DNA of 64,000 nt from Dehalococcoidia bacterium (GTDB taxonomy: Bacteria > Chloroflexota > Dehalococcoidia > Lucifugimonadales > UBA3495): contig OZ244811.1 of assembly GCA_965220105.1 (NCBI GenBank), forward strand, positions 1,987,136 through 2,051,135, written 5' to 3'. The notes under the pieces were generated by a model, which searched no databases, was not told where the DNA came from, and saw nothing but the letters and a program-made list of their open reading frames with translations. A program made the translations under genes and the position numbers. Shown here in pieces: positions 61,018 through 64,000 of this stretch (its first letter is position 1; each line of letters begins with the position of its first letter).

Positions 61018-61524
61018 TCAGGGTTGTGGAGCGTTTCCGGATGACCGGCCCAGCTGGACGTTTATCCGGTTGTAGATGTTCTTGGTGATGGATTGGATGC
61101 GGCCGCGCGGTTCCGGTTTTCGGTGGACCCAGTCGACGAACATGAGGGACGGAATAAGCGCGGACAGCAGCAGGGTGGTGAGGTATCCCAGCCAGACTTT
61201 CTCCAAAGAGACGCTGGCTATGACCGGATACAGGGCCACCAAGGCAAACAGGGTGATCGCGGTCTTGGTGCCTTGCGTTCCGCGCCACCTGAGCCACAGG
61301 TATGCGGCGCCCGCGACCATTATTCCGCCCGTCATGAGGAAGCCCATGACGTCTCCGAATCTCTGTAGATCGGAGCCGTTAGTGAGGTGCATTCCGAACA
61401 CGGACACGGTGTTTCCGTAGTCCTCGGGGTACACCCAGGGCAGGCCGAAGGACATGATGATCAGGAAGGCGTGGACGACTCCGGCCCACCTTTTCTGCAT
61501 CAGGTTCTCAACGTCAAGTTTCAA
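61018..61524 (-). CDS. Four-TM integral membrane protein, unknown family
   Basis: TTG start 8 nt after AAGGAG. Hydrophobic segments VVHAFLIIMSFGLPWV, VMGFLMTGGIMVAGAAYLWL, AITLFALVALYPVIASV and LGYLTTLLLSALIPSLMFV. Confidence 0.65.
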   Translation of the reverse strand: MKLDVENLMQKRWAGVVHAFLIIMSFGLPWVYPEDYGNTVSVFGMHLTNGSDLQRFGDVMGFLMTGGIMVAGAAYLWLRWRGTQGTKTAITLFALVALYPVIASVSLEKVWLGYLTTLLLSALIPSLMFVDWVHRKPEPRGRIQSITKNIYNRINVQLGRSSGNAPQP

Positions 61525-61608
61525 TTCATAGACTCCTTGTTTCGGGGCTTGGCCCCGTCGGGGCCGTGCCGGTCTTTTCGGGTTGGCGTTGTTGCCCTGA
61601 CGCTACGT

Positions 61609-62637
61609 TCAGCTGCTCTTCATGGCCTCGGCGAGGCCGGCGGTCTCCGCCTCAAAGGCGTACAGGCTTTCCAGGAGCAGTCCCACCTGCAGGGGAACGT
61701 CCAGGTCGTCGTACTCGGTTATCGCCTTGAAGTCGGACTGGTTCTTGTAGAATAGGATGAACGTGTTCATGTCCTCGATTTTCGACAGCGCTTCCGCCGA
61801 CCGCATTTCCACATCCGAGGCCTGCTGGCGCCACTGGTCGTAGGCGTTGGTGTCGTTAACCAGCGACAGCCACATTACCTCGCGCAGCCTGGGGTTGCCC
61901 TGTCTGTCGATGAGGGCAATCTGCTCCTCCCAGTACTCGGGCCACAGCTCGCGGGTGGCGTCGATTCGCTCCACCAGTTCTTGGTGTTCGCGCTTGGCGG
62001 CTTTATACTGCGGCCTCCAGTTATCGACTATCCGGTCCATGGCTTCCCGGTGCTGGGTCAGCGCCCTGTCGCCCTGGATCTCGCGGGCCTTCTGGTTGAA
62101 CGTCAGTGTGGGCGGAACCGCCCTTTCCGCGTCGTTGCCCTCGTCTTGGTCGTCCTTTTCGTCGATCGACTCAGGCGCGTGCGACGCCCCGCCGTTGGTC
62201 GGATTAACCCCGTATGTAGGGCCGGAGACGGAGCCGGTGTTATTCGAACTGGCGTGCTCCGGCATGGGGATCCTGCCCGGGGTGGTCGGCGAGGTATAGT
62301 CCAGCTGCGAGTTAGCGCCGCTGGTTGGCTCGTCGGCGTAGGCGTCGGGCGGCACCGCCTCAAGGCGTTCCACCTCGGGAATCAGCCCCTTGATGTCCGT
62401 GAAAGCGGCTCGCGTGTCGTCGACTTGACGGTTGACCCGGCTGGCGGCCTCGGCGACCTGCGCGCCGGCGTTTCCCTCGTGGTTGAAGACGGCGGCCGCA
62501 GCGGCCGACATGAGGAATACGGCGACCACCACGGCGAGCGCGATGGGCCGTTCGTCGTTCTTTCGTTTGCGGAACTTTCCGATCATTTTGTCGACCTCCT
62601 TCCACTCGATAATTGTCGTCGCCTTCGGCTTGCTCAT
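61609..62637 (-). CDS. Single-pass membrane protein with disordered linker and ~180-aa helical C-terminal domain, unknown family
   Basis: TM segment PIALAVVVAVFLMSAAAAAVF, an acidic/Gly-rich linker, then a helical part (..REHQELVERIDATRELWPEYWEEQIALIDRQ..). Alternative start at ATG 62586, 8 nt after AAGGAGG. Confidence 0.65.
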   Translation of the reverse strand: MSKPKATTIIEWKEVDKMIGKFRKRKNDERPIALAVVVAVFLMSAAAAAVFNHEGNAGAQVAEAASRVNRQVDDTRAAFTDIKGLIPEVERLEAVPPDAYADEPTSGANSQLDYTSPTTPGRIPMPEHASSNNTGSVSGPTYGVNPTNGGASHAPESIDEKDDQDEGNDAERAVPPTLTFNQKAREIQGDRALTQHREAMDRIVDNWRPQYKAAKREHQELVERIDATRELWPEYWEEQIALIDRQGNPRLREVMWLSLVNDTNAYDQWRQQASDVEMRSAEALSKIEDMNTFILFYKNQSDFKAITEYDDLDVPLQVGLLLESLYAFEAETAGLAEAMKSS

Positions 62638-62931
62638 TTGATCGCCTCGCAACAGGGGCTCAATCTCCTCCTGGGCAAAACAGACCTCAGAAACGCAGCC
62701 CCCAGAGTACGTCTCCGTCTGAGGCTGTGTTGTCGTTAAATCCGCTGCTCGCCAGCAGCCTTAGCCTCCCGAACGATGTACCGGATCGCGTTCTTCGTTT
62801 CCTGGCGGCGGGCTATTGGCGAGGTATCTCCCGGCATCATGCCACCAGCGTCCGCGGCGCCACCCGGAAGCAGCCGCTGGTGGTCTCCAGGACGAGGAGC
62901 GCCATACCCCGCTCCCCCGGGACGGCGTGTC

Positions 62932-63267
62932 CTACGACATCGCCCACTCGCGCACCCTCACGGTGCATGGGATCATCACATCCAGTGCCTGGAGTCGCTG
63001 TACTCGGTGCCGACCCACCTCTGCCCGCCAAGACGAGAGGTGGCGGTAGTCATCGATTTCAACCTCTCCCACCGCCGCGCGGGCTGGCGCCACATGAGTG
63101 AAGCTGTCCCCCAGGTCGTTGGCTTTGCGCACAGTAGAGCTGGTCGCTGCGGTCAGGTCATTGGCCTCGTCGCGGCCTTCGCTCCACCGGTCGGCCACGA
63201 CCGGCAGCGCCACGGATTCGATCACCACGGCTGATGCGGCGATGGCTCCGATGGTTAGTAAGCCCAT
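62932..63267 (-). CDS. Small single-TM protein, unknown family
   Basis: GGAGGTGAAGAT-ATG at 63267. MGLLTIGAIAASAVVIESVALPVV, then a polar domain. High GC3. Confidence 0.5.
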   Translation of the reverse strand: MGLLTIGAIAASAVVIESVALPVVADRWSEGRDEANDLTAATSSTVRKANDLGDSFTHVAPARAAVGEVEIDDYRHLSSWRAEVGRHRVQRLQALDVMIPCTVRVREWAMS

Positions 63268-63309
63268 ATCTTCACCTCCTGCGGCTTTCATTCGACGGAT
63301 CCCTGGTAT

Positions 63310-63621
63310 TCATGAACTCCGTCTTCGCTCCGTTGCACGCGGCCTCTCCGAAGGCAATGTTGCGCCCGCTGAACTTGTCCGGTTCCACCCCTGGCCATCA
63401 TCTTGGTCCTTGTCTCCACCATTGGACACGTCTCCGAACGGCCCTTCGTTGCCTGGATGGTAGCCATCGGTCTGCTGGTCGAAACTGCTTTTGGCGAAAG
63501 CGCGGGACCGGCCTGTCCTCGACCGTTGATGGTGTCGAGCAGCGGCGCCCGACCCGTTGGACTCGCAGGCGATGACATTCCCATTAGCTGGGGTAACGCG
63601 GATTGGCTTCCAAACAGTCAT
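63310..63621 (-). CDS. Small hypothetical ORF at the head of the operon (weak call)
   Basis: AGGAGG lies 11 nt before ATG 63621 (MTVWKPIRVTPANGNVIACESNG..). Composition is low-complexity and GC3 only moderate, and a competing frame (63288-63584) exists. Confidence 0.3.
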   Translation of the reverse strand: MTVWKPIRVTPANGNVIACESNGSGAAARHHQRSRTGRSRAFAKSSFDQQTDGYHPGNEGPFGDVSNGGDKDQDDGQGWNRTSSAGATLPSERPRATERRRSS

Positions 63622-63696
63622 GCTCGTATCAGCCTCCTGATATGGATGCAATGTTACTTCAATATGGCATGGTATCGTGCCAGAATCAACATATCC

Positions 63697-63727
63697 ATTA
63701 TATCAGCGACACATAAAAGTACGGCAA
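63697..63727 (-). promoter_or_regulatory. Candidate sigma70-type promoter with extended -10 for the triad operon
   Basis: The minus strand reads TTGCCG (63722-63727), 19 nt, then TGATATAAT with TATAAT at 63697-63702. It lies about 75 nt upstream of ATG 63621 in an AT-rich patch. The spacer is longer than optimal. Confidence 0.3.
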
Positions 63728-63761
63728 AAGGACACAGGTAATATACTTCATTCAGTACTAA

Positions 63762-63827
63762 TACTTTTCCCTGCTGCTACTTTTAGAAGGACGGTACTTT
63801 GTCCTGCTGCTACTATTAGAAGGAGGG
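63762..63827. repeat. Two tandem 33-bp direct repeats upstream of the operon
   Basis: TACTTTTCCCTGCTGCTACTTTTAGAAGGACGG (63762-63794) and TACTTTGTCCTGCTGCTACTATTAGAAGGAGGG (63795-63827), 29 of 33 identical. Followed by the palindrome GGCGCGTCCGCGCC. Confidence 0.7.
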
Positions 63828-63912
63828 CGCGTCCGCGCCGGATCATTTGCCCTACCCTGATCGGCAGGACCGATTGTCATCAATCAGTAATCGTCGGCTC
63901 GACGGCATACCA

Positions 63913-64000
63913 AACCGAAGCCAAGGTGAAACCCGCATCAGCATTGCGTAGAATCGAGGCAGTTGAGTTGGTGGGTCAGGAGATCCGGGTGGGGGTTGCT
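63913..64000 (+). mobile_element. ISx left end (runs off the window)
   Basis: AACCGAAGCCAAGGTGAAACCCGCATCAGCATTGCGTAGAATCGAGGCAGTTGAGTTGGTGGGTCAGG... parallels 18765-18855. Confidence 0.75.

Noticed and set aside
62737-62841. 34-codon ORF (MMPGDTSPIARRQETKNAIRYIVREAKAAGEQRI) in the 280-bp gap inside the triad operon
   Set aside because: It is too short, has a weak RBS and has no start-independent support. It could equally be the frameshifted tail of the 62932-63267 gene.

Overview
High-G+C (by eye above 60%) bacterial chromosomal window: an insertion-sequence graveyard laid over a CoA-dependent catabolic neighbourhood. All family names come from motif recognition by eye, no searches were run, and IS end coordinates are good to about +/-5 bp. 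By my coordinates about 23 kb (roughly a third) is IS-derived. Families seen are IS66, IS630 (four copies), a second IS630-like type here called ISx with two derived ~146-bp MITEs, IS1380, IS1182, IS5, IS701, IS110, a possible IS3 scrap and one more DDE family. There is a three-deep nested insertion at 22.98-27.45 kb, and only about five transposase genes look intact. Ordinary genes: a DUF1800/DUF1501 pair, two DinB-family genes, a spermidine-synthase-like gene, an acyl-CoA synthetase, a glutamine-synthetase-family ligase and an SthA-like flavoprotein. The catabolic set comprises family III CoA-transferases (one a tandem fusion), thiolase plus DUF35, two MmgE/PrpD, an acyl-CoA dehydrogenase and an LLM oxidoreductase, plus tRNA-Thr(UGU). 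Accessory debris: a frameshifted tyrosine recombinase beside a dense hexamer array, a methyltransferase fragment beside a lower-GC PIN-like gene, two zeta-toxin-like fragments and a PD-(D/E)XK-like pseudogene. The best candidate for a new system is the minus-strand operon at 57.6-63.8 kb. It holds a TerY-P-type vWA / PP2C phosphatase / Ser-Thr kinase triad fused into a tight eight-gene block with five proteins I cannot assign, four of them membrane-anchored. Two recurring lesion signatures also stand out: every in-frame stop in otherwise conserved frames is an amber (TAG), and five IS families carry perfect short tandem duplications. No CRISPR array or rRNA gene is present.
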